Source: the human T2T-CHM13v2.0 reference genome, Homo sapiens. From it: a stretch of DNA of 64,000 bases. Both the position numbers and the translations under genes were made by a program. The stretch lies in the NCBI RefSeq assembly GCF_009914755.1, contig NC_060927.1, one strand, 5' to 3'. The notes below the pieces were generated by a model. The model was not told the origin of the DNA. It saw nothing but the letters and a program-made list of their open reading frames with translations, and made no database searches. Below, piece after piece: positions 45,712 to 60,270 of the stretch (position 1 is its first letter; each line of letters begins with the position of its first letter).

Positions 45712-47172
45712 TCTCACATGGGCTGGCATTGATTGCAGCTTTTCCAGGCCCACAGTGCAAGCTGCCAGTGGAAATACCATGCTGGAGTCCACAGGACAGT
45801 AACCCTCTTCTCACAGCTCCATTAGGCAGTGCCCTAGTAGGGATTCTGTGTGAGGGCTTCAATTCCACATTTCCCTTTCACACTGCCTTAGCAGAGGTTC
45901 TCTGTAAGGGCTCTGTCCCTGAAGCACATTTCTGCCTGGACATCCACGCATTTCATTGCATCCTCTAAAATCGAGGCAGAGGTTTGCAAACCTCAATTCT
46001 TGACTTCTGTGCACCTACAGACTCAACACCATGTGGAAGCTACTAAAGCTTGGAGCTGGCACCCTCTGAAGCAATCACTTTAGCTGTACTTTGGCCTCTT
46101 TTAGCCATGGCTGAAACAGCTGGGACACAGGGCACCAAGTCCCAAGGCTGCACACAGCAGGGGTGCCCTGGACCTGGCCCAGGAAACCATTTTTCCCTCC
46201 TAGGCCTCTGGGTCTGTGATGGGAGAGGCTGCCATGAAGGTCTCTGACATACCCTGGAGACATTTTTCTCATTGCCTTGTCAATTAGCATTTGGCTACTT
46301 GTTACTTATGCAAATTTTTGCAGGGGACTTGAATTTCTCCCTAGAATATTGATTTTTCTTTTCTACTGCATCATCAGGTTTCAAATTTTTCAAATATTTT
46401 TGCTCTGCTTTCTCTTGAACACTTTGCCACTTAGAAATTTCTTCTGCCAGATATGCTAAATTATCTATCTCAAGTTCAAAGTTCCACAGATCTCTAGGTC
46501 AGGGGCAAAATACCACCAGTCTCTTTGAATACCAAGAGCGACCTTTACTCCAGCTCCCAACAAGTTCCTCATTTCCATCTGAGACTACCTCAACCTGGAC
46601 TTTATTGTCCATATCACTATCAGCATTTCAGCCAAAGCTATTCAACAAGTCTCTAGGAAGTTCCAAACTCTCCCACATCTTCCTATCTTCTTCTGAGCCC
46701 TCCAAACAGTTCTAATCTCTGCCTGTTACCCAGTTCCTATGTCACTTTCACAGTTTCACATATCTTTACAGCAGCATCCCATGCTCTGCAGTACCAATTT
46801 ATTGTATTAGTTCTTTTTCATGCTGCTAATAAAGACATACCCAAGACTGGGTAATTTATAAAGGAAAGAGGTTTAATTGTCTCACAGTTCAGTATGGCTG
46901 GGGAGGCCTCAGGAAATTTACAATCCTGGTGGAAGGGAAAGCAAACCTATTCTTCGTCACGTGGCAGCAGCAAGAACTGCAGAATAAGTGGGAGAAAAGC
47001 CTCTTATGAAACCATATGATATTGTAAGAACTCAGTAACTATCATGAGTACAGCATGAAGGTAACCTCCGCGAGTCAATAACCTCCCACCAGGTCCTTGC
47101 CATGACACATGGTGATTACGGGACCTACAGTTCAAGATGAGATTTAGGTGAGGACACAGCCAAACCATATCA
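45712..47172 (-). mobile_element. THE1D-like element: 5' LTR (46803-47172) plus partial internal region; 3' end missing
   Basis: The internal part is colinear with ~12245-13328; only one LTR is present; abrupt left break. Confidence 0.9.
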
Positions 47173-47415
47173 ATGAGAGTGAAATATTGAGTATATATGG
47201 ACACAAAGAAGGGAATAACAGACACTGGAGCATACTTGAAGGTAAGGTGGAAGATAATAGACGATGGAAAAACTACCTATCAGGTACTATGCTTATTACC
47301 TGTGTGATGAAATAATTTGTACGCCCAGCCCGCATGACATTCAATTTACCTGTTTACACTTTACAAGTTTGACATGTACTCCTGAACCTAAAAGTTTTTG
47401 TTAAAGAAAATAAAT
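47173..47415 (+). mobile_element. Older L1PA (about PA15-16) 3' end
   Basis: GGACACAAAGAAGGGAATAACAGACACTGG...AAAACTACCTATCAGGTACTATGCTTATTACCTG...CCTGAACCTAAAA. Confidence 0.82.
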
Positions 47416-47819
47416 ATATCAAAGAGATTTTTTTAATTAAAAAAAATAAGGAATGTGCTATATTGTAGCACATCACCAGCCTGTAAACTTGACTGTGGCT
47501 GGATTGTCTAGATGAACTTGTAAAATATATAAATAAACACAAGGTTAAAATTATTTCTTGAAAAAAATACAACTCATTGAAAATTAAAAAAAAAAACACA
47601 TAATTTTATTACGCAAAACAGTAAGTAGCATATAGGAGAGAAATTCTTAGAAATAAATGAAGAAATTTAAAGATATTTATTGGACAATCTTTAACAAAAT
47701 AATTTCACAATATTGAGAAATGATTAGAGAAATCTAGAAACTAATAGATGCCACACTTTTCACCACTGTAACCAAATAAGATTATATAGTTGGACAGAAA
47801 GAATATAATGGCCATCTTT

Positions 47820-48845
<1,026 letters not shown>

Positions 48846-49229
48846 CTTCCCAATATACTTTTAAAGTCAGATAATGAGGAACAGCATTCTCTGACTGTGG
48901 CTTATTAAATTAAGAAAAATATGCTTTTAAAACTAGAAGATTTAAATAAAGGGCAAAATATAAGAAAGTTTTCAACACTCCTAATTTATATATGATTAAA
49001 AATCAAAAGCAAACCCAATTTATCTTCATTCAAATAAAAATAAAATTAGAAAGATGTTAACTTTTTCTGTTTGGTTAACTACCCTATACCCGGATACTAG
49101 CATAGTGTCTCTCTCATAGTAGAATTGTTACTTCTCTACAGCCTTTAACAGTATTAGTGAAATTGTGACATTTCTTTAGGTTAGTAAAATGGGAGCATAA
49201 GCAAAATGTTTGTCTCTCCTAAGCTTTGA

Positions 49230-50500
49230 GAGCCAATATATGTATTAGCAAATTCCCTTTTTCTTCTTTGGAAATTATAGGTACATGTGTCAAAGCAGAA
49301 GCTCTCTTGTTAACTCACTTATCAACTCAAATGAGCAGAGCCTTCATGACAGGGAGTATGACAAAGAATGAAACATTCACTACACTAAGCCATGAAGGTT
49401 TGGGTTTATTTGTTACTGCAGCAAGAATAATATAAAAAAAGGGGGTGAGATATTCTTGAAGTAGGGCAGGTGCTACTGTGGGAAAATGAAAACACAAAAA
49501 ACTTTGTGTTGTTTTAAGAGTCAATTAATTTAATGGGTTGGAAGATATTAGTACCGGAGTCTATAAGAAGTGTAATATATAGTGACAAAACATTTGGCAA
49601 AACTGTCACTATGATAAAGTAGGACGCAGAATATACAATTGAACTTTTATTTATATGGTTAGATGCTAGAAAACATCATCTTAGTATGGGTATATGGGTT
49701 ATCAATGGTTTCAACAGATTAGGTACTATTTTTGAAAAGATAGTTGTGGGAAAATTAAACATAGTAAATTTGAAGTAGAATAAAAAAGAAACAGAGAGGC
49801 TAGAAATTTAGGGACTTAGCAGGTTGGAAAACACAAATTTTTCTCAACTTCCAAAGGCAAAAAAATAAGCTGAGTTAAGACTTTGAGCTATAAAGGTCAA
49901 TGATAACTTAGAAATGTGTGAAAGATCAAAACATTGGAACACATGTTTGGAATTATATGAGTAAAGTAGTACCATTCAATCTGTTCAATTAGAAGAAATA
50001 ACTCAAGCCAAGAGTATAACGCTCTTGCAAAAGCCTAATAAGCCCATACTAGCCACATTAGGTAAAGAGAGAAAAAGAAAGAGATCTGGGTCTGGGGCCA
50101 AAAATAAATACAGTAAATAAGAGAATTATTGTGTCTAGAAAGGAACTGTGTGCTACAATGTGTGATTATAGCCGTTTAACACATACAATTAACTTGATTA
50201 AAATAGATCAGAAGCTTATTGATTTAAGTCTACTTTAATCAACACATGCACCACAATCCTGTACTAAATAACAATAAAAACACCCGAGTGCTCACATATA
50301 TTAACATACAGGAGGTGCACTGAAAAAGCTGCTCAGGCACAGGGCATGTTTTCAGATACCAGCTTCAAGTGTGGGCAAGGATCGGAATCAAAAGCAAGTT
50401 TCATCCAGAAAGTGAAGCCAGTAGTCATGGAGAAAAAATGGGCAAAGTTGCTCAGGAAAAGCTTTTCCATCCTCTGGTTAGGGCAGTCTATCAATAAATG
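49230..50500 (+). mobile_element. Ancient MLT1-type LTR end plus internal-like sequence
   Basis: CTAAGCCATGAAGGTTTGGGTTTATTTGTTACTGCAGCA resembles an MLT1 3' end; the following sequence resembles MLT1-int; weak. Confidence 0.4.
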
Positions 50501-50962
50501 CAAAAGTGGGATTTGGCAACTATTAATTAAATTATGTATAAGTTAGGCTTCATTCTTACAATTTTACTTTTTGACCATTTACATCTTTAGTTTTATTTTT
50601 AATTCGTTGCAAAATGTACATAATCTTATATTGAAATTTATAAAACTTAAGATTTTTACTTTGGTTTTTGCATTAATTTTTTAAAAATATACTATTAAAA
50701 AGAAACATGCATAATCTTTGGTAGTTTCATCTTTTTTTCCTTACATACTGTGTATTCCCCTGTTCAATTCGTATTTTATATTTACTTTTTGTTGTACTAT
50801 ATTTATTTTTCAAATATATATTTAAACATGGCAGGAATAATTCAGTTACAATGGGTGTTGAAATTATCTAAAAGTAAGAGGTGACAAAAAACAAAATATA
50901 ATAGTTGTTTTATTTTCTAAACTAGCAGAAGTAAAGCTATGAACATGAATAATTTGGAATAC

Positions 50963-50986
50963 ATATACATATTATATATTATATAT

Positions 50987-51029
<43 letters not shown>
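50963..51029. repeat. Compound (TA)n(GA)n microsatellite
   Basis: Seen directly. Confidence 0.95.
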
Positions 51030-53310
51030 CAAATAGATATACACATATCTATCATCTATTTGGTATATATATAGATACACCAAATGATAGATATACACAT
51101 AGCTATCATCTACCTATTAATAACATGTATTTATTTCTTTTCTACTTCTTGTTAGCTTTATTCTCTCAAGTTAAAACTCATCACAAATTTCTTCTTTCTT
51201 ACATTCAGCTTTTTCAGTGATGGTAATTTGCCTTGAATGATCTGCTCATTTCACATCTTTTAAAAATATTTCTTCTTCTTCTTTTTCATAGGTCTGATTA
51301 TTATTTTTACAAATATGTTTATTTTAGGAAAAGAAGGTCTAGATTGATGTCTACTGGTGATGACTTCTATGGCATCCTTTAAGAATCATGTCACTGTTCA
51401 GTATTCTGAGGGACAAAAATACATTTTCTATTTCAGTTAGCCCTTGTGTAAGCTGAAGAAAATAAGGAAAAATATATTTTACATATTCCAAAATCTCTTC
51501 AAGAGAAAATAAATTGAACCTGCGTAACACAGAACAATTACAAACTATGATTTAGCTTGTTAATTAGAGATGACAAAGTGAACAAAACTTTTTTGGTAAA
51601 CATCTACTGTACTGATATCCCACTCTTGTTCTGAAGTCAGAATACTCTCATTTTCCTGGGATTTTTATTTCAAATGATTGAAATTATCAACAGAATGTTA
51701 AGTCCTGGACCATATTCTAACATTATTTTGTGGTCTCAGAAAGGAAAAATGACACAATAACTCTTAAGGATGTCATTAAAATGAGCCAGATGTTCAACAT
51801 AGCAATTCCAGTCTTATTGGTTCTTGTCCCAACATTTTTCTTCTGAAGTTAAGTGCTTTCTTCTCACTTGTTTAAATCACTTTTAGTGCCCATCCAGTCA
51901 TGAAGACCTAAATTTTTCTGTACTGGCTTTATGTTACTTAGAGAAAAGAAGTTAATACTCATTGCTGAAGTTATATACAGTTTGTAAAGTATCCTTTATT
52001 TTAGCATATTAACAACTTTTCCTATAATTAGAATGAATAAACTAGATGTTTTACCTATGTAATCATCCATCCAAGTGAGAGTTTATGAAAAAAATTCACT
52101 TTCCTATCCATCCAGTTTACTCAATACCAAACTAGTGAAGTATCAAGGTTTTTTTCCCAATGGAAATATTTAATGTGTGTATTGGTTGACTGGGATGTTT
52201 GACATGAAAATTTCAGTTTATTTGGAAGATTTCCAGCAGATGTTTGATTTCTTGAATTAGTAGCTTGCCTATGAAGTTTTTAAATGGCATAATCTCTCTT
52301 ACATTGCTTTCCATATGAAGTGAAGCCTGAGTGTGTAGCCCATGGTTAGCTGTTACGTGTATTGGTCACTGAAGGAAGCCCTAAATTTCTTGTAGTTGAT
52401 TCCTCTGAGTATTCACCAAGGCTGCCCAATTGTCCAAACCCTGTGAGGTGTTACAGTTGCATATGTACAGTTAGAATATTAATTTTTAGAGTCAATAGGA
52501 AAGAAAATGCCCAATGATTCAGGATTTTTACCAAATATGCTAACTCATTTTTTTCCTTCCAAGGCTCTTAAATGGCATTCAAATGTTTGCTGTGGTTAAA
52601 TCCCTTCTCTTTGTCTCTGCTGCCCACATTGACAGACTTCAATGCCATATCCCTCAGTTCATTTTTAAACCGATTACCAGCTACTCTGTGTGGAAATAAC
52701 TAGCATGAAATTTAAATCCCTTCAGTTTTTTCTTTATTACCCATCTTGACTTGTTTTCAGTTCTTCAGTTCTGAACTTTTATTGTTTTCAGGGCTCATTT
52801 AGAAAACCTGCTCACTTATTCCTCCAGGTTTTCCCCTTTTGCCTGCTTTAAATCACAGGCTATTCTGCATGGATTAGTTTTGTCCTCCATCTGTTCCCAT
52901 CTGCTTCATGTCTTCCAGACAGTGCTCAAAATTCTGCTTCATTGAAAACACCCTATGTCCAAATAATGCTAAAATTGTTTTAAAAAATATTTTCAAGTAT
53001 CCTTTGAGAGGAAGGAGAAAATACATGTGCTAAGTTATCTTCTTTTAAATAAGATAATTGAATGTACTCATAATGTCCCAGCTTCTGTCTGTATTTGGCT
53101 TATTATCTCTTCTATTTTATCTCTGTTAAGCATTCTGTCCCATAGGGTTTTGCATAAAAAATAATAGTGAGAAATATTAAATACTCCCATTCGTAATTGT
53201 CTTTGATTGAAAAGTCTCCATTATTCTCAAATACTAAAAGATATTCTGTCAAAAGATAAAATTTTTCATTTAACATTGGCCACTGTCTGTATTTTCAAAG
53301 CCTATCTTTT

Positions 53311-53313
<3 letters not shown>

Positions 53314-53366
<53 letters not shown>
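53314..53366. repeat. (TG)n microsatellite with one interruption
   Basis: Seen directly. Confidence 0.96.
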
Positions 53367-54194
53367 TTGACCAAAGAAGTTCCTGTAATCAGAGAAGCAG
53401 AAAGAGCTGGCTGGGTCCCAGGACAGGATATTCTTTCTAGCCTATTTCAGCCTAATCTAGAGTTTAACTAATCTAAACTTTCAACCTCTCAAGAGGATGT
53501 GAACTCCAACACAAAGGATGCTTACTTTGTGTCTAAGTTGATATTTTGGACACTATTATCAACTTAACCTTCTTCATCACCATTAGCAGCTGGATAATTA
53601 TTAGTTACTTCTTTGTCATTTTGTTTCTCCTGTCATTGCTGTAAGCATGATTTTAGAATAAATGTTAATTTTTGCATTTGACATTATGTAGATGACAAAA
53701 ATTTGATATATAGCCAATTTTTTACATTATTTATATATAATATTTCAAAAACTCTTTATGTACTTGCAGTAAAATTTGCCAAATTGTTCCCCTACTTTAT
53801 TTAAAACTTTCATTAGGCTTAATAAATCTTCTATGTAGAAACACATAAGGATAACCTGTTTAAAAATTGTCTCTTATTTATCTATTTAATTCACTTGGAG
53901 ATTATTCCACTGTGAGGTCTAATGTGGAGTAATGTTGCAAATGAACACAAGTAGTACAATTTCTTATAAGGTGACAGACTATAGCACCTTACTGTAAATG
54001 CTTAGATTCACATTTTCTAGGCCAAACCAAAGTTTGCTCTAATTTTAAAATAATCAGTAATTTTCAAAGTAGACAATTCTAAATATTATGCCTTTCACAC
54101 AAATTTGACTTTCACTTGAATTGCATTTTGTTTGCTATTTTAGGTTTATAGATATGTCCAATATGACTAAGGCTTTGTCAACTGATATTATTTT

Positions 54195-54481
54195 ATTATT
54201 TATTTTTTTGAGATGGAGTTGCGCTCTGTCGCCCAGGCTGGAGTGCAGTGTCGTGATCTCGGCTCACTGAAAACTCCACCTCCCGGGTTCAAGCGATTCT
54301 CCTGCTTCAGCCTCCCAACTAGCTAGGATTACAGGCACCCCCCCACCACGCCCAGATAATTTTTGTATTTTTAGTACAGACCATGCTGGCTAAGCTGGTC
54401 TTGAACTCCTGACCTCAGGTAATCCACCCACCTCAGCCTCCCAAAGTGCTGGGATTACAGGTGTGAGCCACCGTGCCAGGC
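54195..54481 (-). mobile_element. Alu (AluSx-like) with ~10-bp internal deletion
   Basis: TSD TGTCAACTG(A/C)TATTATTTT; lacks CGGGGTTTCA at ~54380. Confidence 0.93.
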
Positions 54482-55879
54482 TGTCAACTGCTATTATTTT
54501 AATTAATATTGAGAGATCATGTTGGAGGACAATTTGAAAATAAAGAACAACCTTCAATATATATTAAACTATTTATTTTATCAAACTGTTACTTTACTTT
54601 CATATAATTATTGTACCATCTTACACAGTAGTTTCAACATGTAATAGATGAGATATTGAAATTTGCCAAATACCTGATGACATATTAATGATTCATTATA
54701 ACACTTTTGGTTAAACTCATGCTGCATTACATGTGAGAAACTGTCCCTAAATCTTTTGCTGTGCCACCCGAATAAGTTATTTGTAAATCTATTTAGAGAA
54801 TATTGTCCATATTTTTATGCATCAATGGCTAAGAGCAGGAGTTATATTTTTTAAATGTGATCCTGACTTTTTTTGATCTATAAAGTTGAAAAAATTACTG
54901 ATCTCACATATTTCTCAAAAATAGAAATCATAAATGTACATTTTCAAATGGATGTTGTAAATATCTATGAGTTGATTTAATTAAAACTCTAAGAGTGGAG
55001 TCTGGCATTATCACATGGGCTCAATAATTCATTTTCTACTGTTCTATCTGCCTATTGTATATCTTTCTAGCTTCTCATCTAGCTAACTAGATTTTTAAAA
55101 ATTATCTTATGTTGTGATATCAAACAAGCCATTTTCATCAAATAACAAAATTTATTTCACATTTACATGCAGTCCATGGTGGTTGGGGTAACTCTCTATA
55201 GAAATTGTCCTCTATGTTGGTTAATTATTCCAAGCTGCTTTGATGTGGATGCTACCATATGAATACTTAATTTTAAGATTGTAGTGGCATGGCAAAAATG
55301 ATCTTAACTACTTTCACATACAAGCGGTATTCATACTTGTGATCACAGTTCATTAGTTAATGAAGACATCTGGCTATGCCAAACTTCAAGGTAACTAGAA
55401 ACTTTAGTTCTCTGGTATCCCCATTTGGGAAAGAAAACTAGAAGTATTGAAGAGCAGTAACAACATGTACCACCTACCTATCAATCAACTACCCTTCTAC
55501 TTAGAAATTGAGAGCACCATAAATACTGAATCTTCAGTACTCATTTTGAGAGGAGGAAACTAAAATCTGGAGAGAGAAAATTATTTTCTTAGAATAGTAA
55601 GATATACGAGTGATAGAGCTAAGACTCATAAGCAAAACTTCCTAATCCTTAGTTTTCAATAAACTTTTCATTATGAAAAGGTAGAATTAAAATAATTTCA
55701 ATTGAATACTGTAAAATTAAAAGTGCAGTGGGTACATAGAAATAATGGAGCTTTAAGACGATCGAAACTATACAAATGTTTTGGAAATAGGTATGGAGAA
55801 ATAGAGATAGCCTCTAGAAATATGCAAATTTAATGTCTAACTGAATAAATTGAAGTTGTAGCAACCAGTATGAAACAAA

Positions 55880-56322
55880 CACCCAGTGGTGAGTAGCTTT
55901 CCACCACATCCCCCTTAAACAGTTTTACCGACAAATGTCTCTAGTGATGCACCACTCCATGAGCATCTTTCTTAAACACTAGAGAGACCAGATTTTTTAC
56001 AAATTCCAAATGGATGTTTTCCAGCAAGATTCATTGAGAGAACCACAAAAACCTCTCTGCCATTCAGTGAGTTACAAATCTCTTCAACAAGGTCTAGCTC
56101 TAAGACCAGGAAGTGTCTTTCATGAATGCTTTATCTTAGCTGTAGGGGTAATGACTGCTCTTTATGTCTGCTATACTCATCTTTTTAGAGCTCTCTTAAC
56201 TTCTTACTAGGCAATTCCTTATCACTTTATTTGCTTGTTTTATATATCAATTATTTACATTAAAATTTTCCAGTTCAAATGATTGTGCAATTTCTCTCTC
56301 ATGATTGGAATCTGACTGATAC
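55880..56322 (+). mobile_element. Ancient ERVL-type LTR (LTR41-like)
   Basis: Ends ATTAAAATTTTCCAGTTCAAAT...TTTCTCTCTCATGATTGGAATCTGACTGATACA, an ERVL LTR-like terminus. Confidence 0.5.
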
Positions 56323-56525
56323 ATATTAAAACCTAAATGAAATACACAGCTCTGTTTAGGCCAAATACTCACAAATTTCAAAAATGCTTGTTTGCTTAAT
56401 AGAAACTTATAATTATTTTAACTTATTAGTAAAACCCCTGTACAGTATGATACAGTTCCAAATAAGTGCTCAGTATGTGTTACTTGAATTTGAATGAAGA
56501 ACTCATCTGAATCTGAATTAAATTA

Positions 56526-57417
56526 CAGTCGTGCTCTATAACAACATTCCAGTCAAGATGAACTTCATAAATGGTGGTCCCATAAGATTACAATAGAGAT
56601 GAAAATTTTCTATCATCTAGTAATATCATAGCCATCATAACATTGTACTTTAATTCATTACCCATGTGTTCACAGTGATGCTGGTGTAAATAAATATACT
56701 GTGTTGCCAGTCATATAAAAGTATAGCACATACAATCATGTACAGTCATAATACTTGATAATGATAATAAATGACTGTTACTGGTTTATGTATTTACTAT
56801 AGCATACATTTTATCTTTATTTCAGAGTGCACTCCAACATACATATAAATAAAACATATACCTCTATATGTATATATGTCTGTATGTGTATGTGTATATA
56901 TATGTACACTATACATAAAAACTATATATGTATATAAACTATAAGACAGCCTCAGTCAGCTCCTTCAGAAGGTATTATGGAAGGCATTGCTCTCATAGGA
57001 GATGACAGCTCTCTCTGCGTTATTGTCAGTGGGACAAGATTTGGAGGTGAAAGACGAAAGATTTGGAGGTGAAGGATTTGGAGGTGAAAATTATAGACAA
57101 AGGATATAAAGAAAAATAAAATGTTTGTATAGCTGTAAAATATGTTTGTGTTTTAAGCTATTATTAGAAGAGTGGAAAAGTTAAAAATTTATAAAGTAAA
57201 AAGTTACAGGAAGCTAATTTATTATTGAAGACTGAACATATTTTACAAATATAGTGTAGCCTAAGTCTAGAGTGATGTACAGTAATGTCCTAGGCCTTTG
57301 CGTTCACTCACCACTGACTCCAGACTCACGCAGAGCAACTTCCGGTCCTGCAATGACAAAACTGCCAAACAGCACATTTCTTGGGAAATATCCCTGTCAT
57401 TACGTGATGCATGAGTG
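56526..57417 (-). mobile_element. Tigger3 internal-deletion derivative (Tigger3b/MER7-type)
   Basis: TA|CAGTCGTGC terminus; GGTGGTCCCATAAGATTA; GTAATGTCCTAGGCCTT...TTCACTCACCACT; ends GCATGAGTG; ends are reverse-complementary to 14714-15057. Confidence 0.85.
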
Positions 57418-57511
57418 TGTGTGTGTTCATTGAGAAAGATACTGAACCCAAGATATAAGAAGTTAGGGAAACCAGCTTCAAGAGATTTGGCAACTAAAGA
57501 ATAGGAATGTT

Positions 57512-57878
<367 letters not shown>

Positions 57879-59699
57879 TTATAGTGACAACAGTGAATAG
57901 CAGAAGGAAGAATAATACAATTTTTAAAAAGGAGACTCTAGAGATGTCACAAAAAAGGATATAAGTACAAGAGTGAGTTTTCTCTGCAAAATGTGTGTGA
58001 AACTTAACAGTCACATTAATTATGTCACATATATTATGCAAATACAATTTAAAAAAGGAAAATTGTGATTTAAAGGTAACTTAAATATTAAGCTATATAT
58101 CACTATTATCTGGGCCTTTTTCAAGCAAAATCTAAAGTTTATTATTCTGATAAATTAAAGACATTATTTACTAACAATTTGCTATGAATAACCTAATGGA
58201 ATTGCATCCTATAATAATGAAAACTAATGCTGTTATATGCCCACATTTTATCCTAATTTTTCAGCATTAATTTTTAAAGAATAATAACTTTAATTAAATG
58301 TTTATAACCCCAAGATAAAAAGAATATTAGACTACCTCATGGTTTTCCTGTTAGCAGTCTGCAAGTACTATGAAAATACAATTTAAAGATTAGACTGTTA
58401 GGCATACACTTGTGAAAAATCAGTGTTAAACTCAACAATGCTCTAGTTTGTTTGTTTTTAACTCTAAATTTCCACAATTTCTTGGAGAAGAATAAGTGCA
58501 TGCAGTGTTTGCAATTTTAGACCTTTTGCACTCGAAGTGATTTCATGACAAAAATTTCTGTAGGAGCTTAAAGAAACATAGTTATTTTACATCTGGTTTA
58601 ACTCAAAAGTGGCTGAAGAAATTTACCTCATGTTTTCTAGCAAAAATAAAAATTAATCTTTTTTGCGTTATCAGTTGTAATATATATGTCCAAGAATAGT
58701 ATTGTTTGATTATTGTTGAGCACTATCCTAAATTACATATCAGGGAAATTATTCATAACTAAAAGAAGTAAACAATAGCAATTAATAATCAACACTATCT
58801 CTAAAAGTAGCACCAAATATAGGGAATTCGTATACTAATAAATATATGTTTTTTCTGCTTTATTTTGAATGATAAAATTATATTGTTTATAATTTACACT
58901 AGGATGTTAATAACTTCCTCCCTACCTATAATTCTTTCTTAACAAAAGTCTCCTGTGAGTGCCCCCATATCCTCTAGCTTTGACCATTGGAGACCAGTGT
59001 CATAGCTATCTTGAACTAATTAGATTTTCCTTCCCCAAAACGTGGATTTTGTTTGCAGAAATCCAAGCTCAAAAGGTCTTGTACATTCATAAGCTAACAT
59101 CTCCATATCTGGCTGTCATGATAGGTATTTTCAAGTAGTTGAAGATGCCAAAAATAAACACTGTATTGGATGATACTGTCGTTGTTTGGATGACAGGTAG
59201 AACAAGTGTGCATGGAGATCTAGAGAAAAGTAATGAAGGAATCTTCTGCATTTATCTAGGAGTTAAGGTTTCTGTGGATATTTTTTTGAATGACATATAT
59301 TCTTTGCTTCCTGAGGGTTTATTTCTAGTAGGTGTTGTTACTTTGGAGCCAAATAATCACTAAACAATGGGAATATAAGCCACATTTTAAAACTTTTAGG
59401 ATGCTTACAAATTGACTTTTTCCTTAAAGAAAAAATGTAAAAAATTGTACATATATGATTTTTATATTTGTGTTATATGCATTCTAACAATGAATACTAG
59501 AGCGTTTAAGCACTCTTGATTTTTATTCATAATCTCTGTTTTCCCATTTGTTCTACTCTATGTCATAACACATAGTGCAGGACAGGGTATTAAAAAAAAT
59601 TTCTAAGTAGAAATATTTCACAGAAACTAAAGACCCAAAAGGCAAATAACAATACATTAAACTATCATTAATGCTTTCTTAACATTTCCTTTATAAACT

Positions 59700-60270
59700 A
59701 CTCTAACCACAGTGTTCCCCATCACAGTTAATGGCAACACCATCCTTTCAGATTGAGAAGACAAAAAAATCCAAAACTACAAACAAACTATAATTGTCTC
59801 ATCTCCTTAAATCCTTAATTTTGCTTCACAACTCCCATCAATCAGATCAATCAATATGATAATCTTCATATTCAATGATTATTCCTCACCATTCCCACAA
59901 TTATTATATAATTATTATTATATAATTGTCTCATCTCCTTAAATCCTTAATTTTGTACCACAACTCCCATCAATCAGGTCAATCAATATGATAATCTCCA
60001 TATTTAATATGATTATTCTTCACCATTCTCACAATTATTATTCAGTTTTATCTTCATTATCTTTCCCTACAAAATTGCAGTAGCCTCCTAACTGGTCACT
60101 CCTCTCTCTCCCATTTTCACCTTAGTCCCTTTTCAATATAATACTTTACAGTGAAACATGTCAGATCACATTCCTGATGTGTTCAATTTTTTTCAATAGT
60201 TTTCCATCTCTTTTTGGTTTAAAACTAAAACATTTTTTTAAAAATAGCTTATAATATCTGACATTATTTA
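59700..60270 (+). mobile_element. L2 (L2a-like) 3' fragment containing a tandem duplication
   Basis: TTCCCCATCACAGTTAATGGCAACACCATCCTTTCAG; TGCAGTAGCCTCCTAACTGGTC; GTCAGATCAC. Confidence 0.75.

Noticed and set aside
51270-51440. Polypyrimidine-AG splice-acceptor-like sites
   Set aside because: There is no convincing paired donor or coding frame, and such motifs are common in AT-rich DNA.
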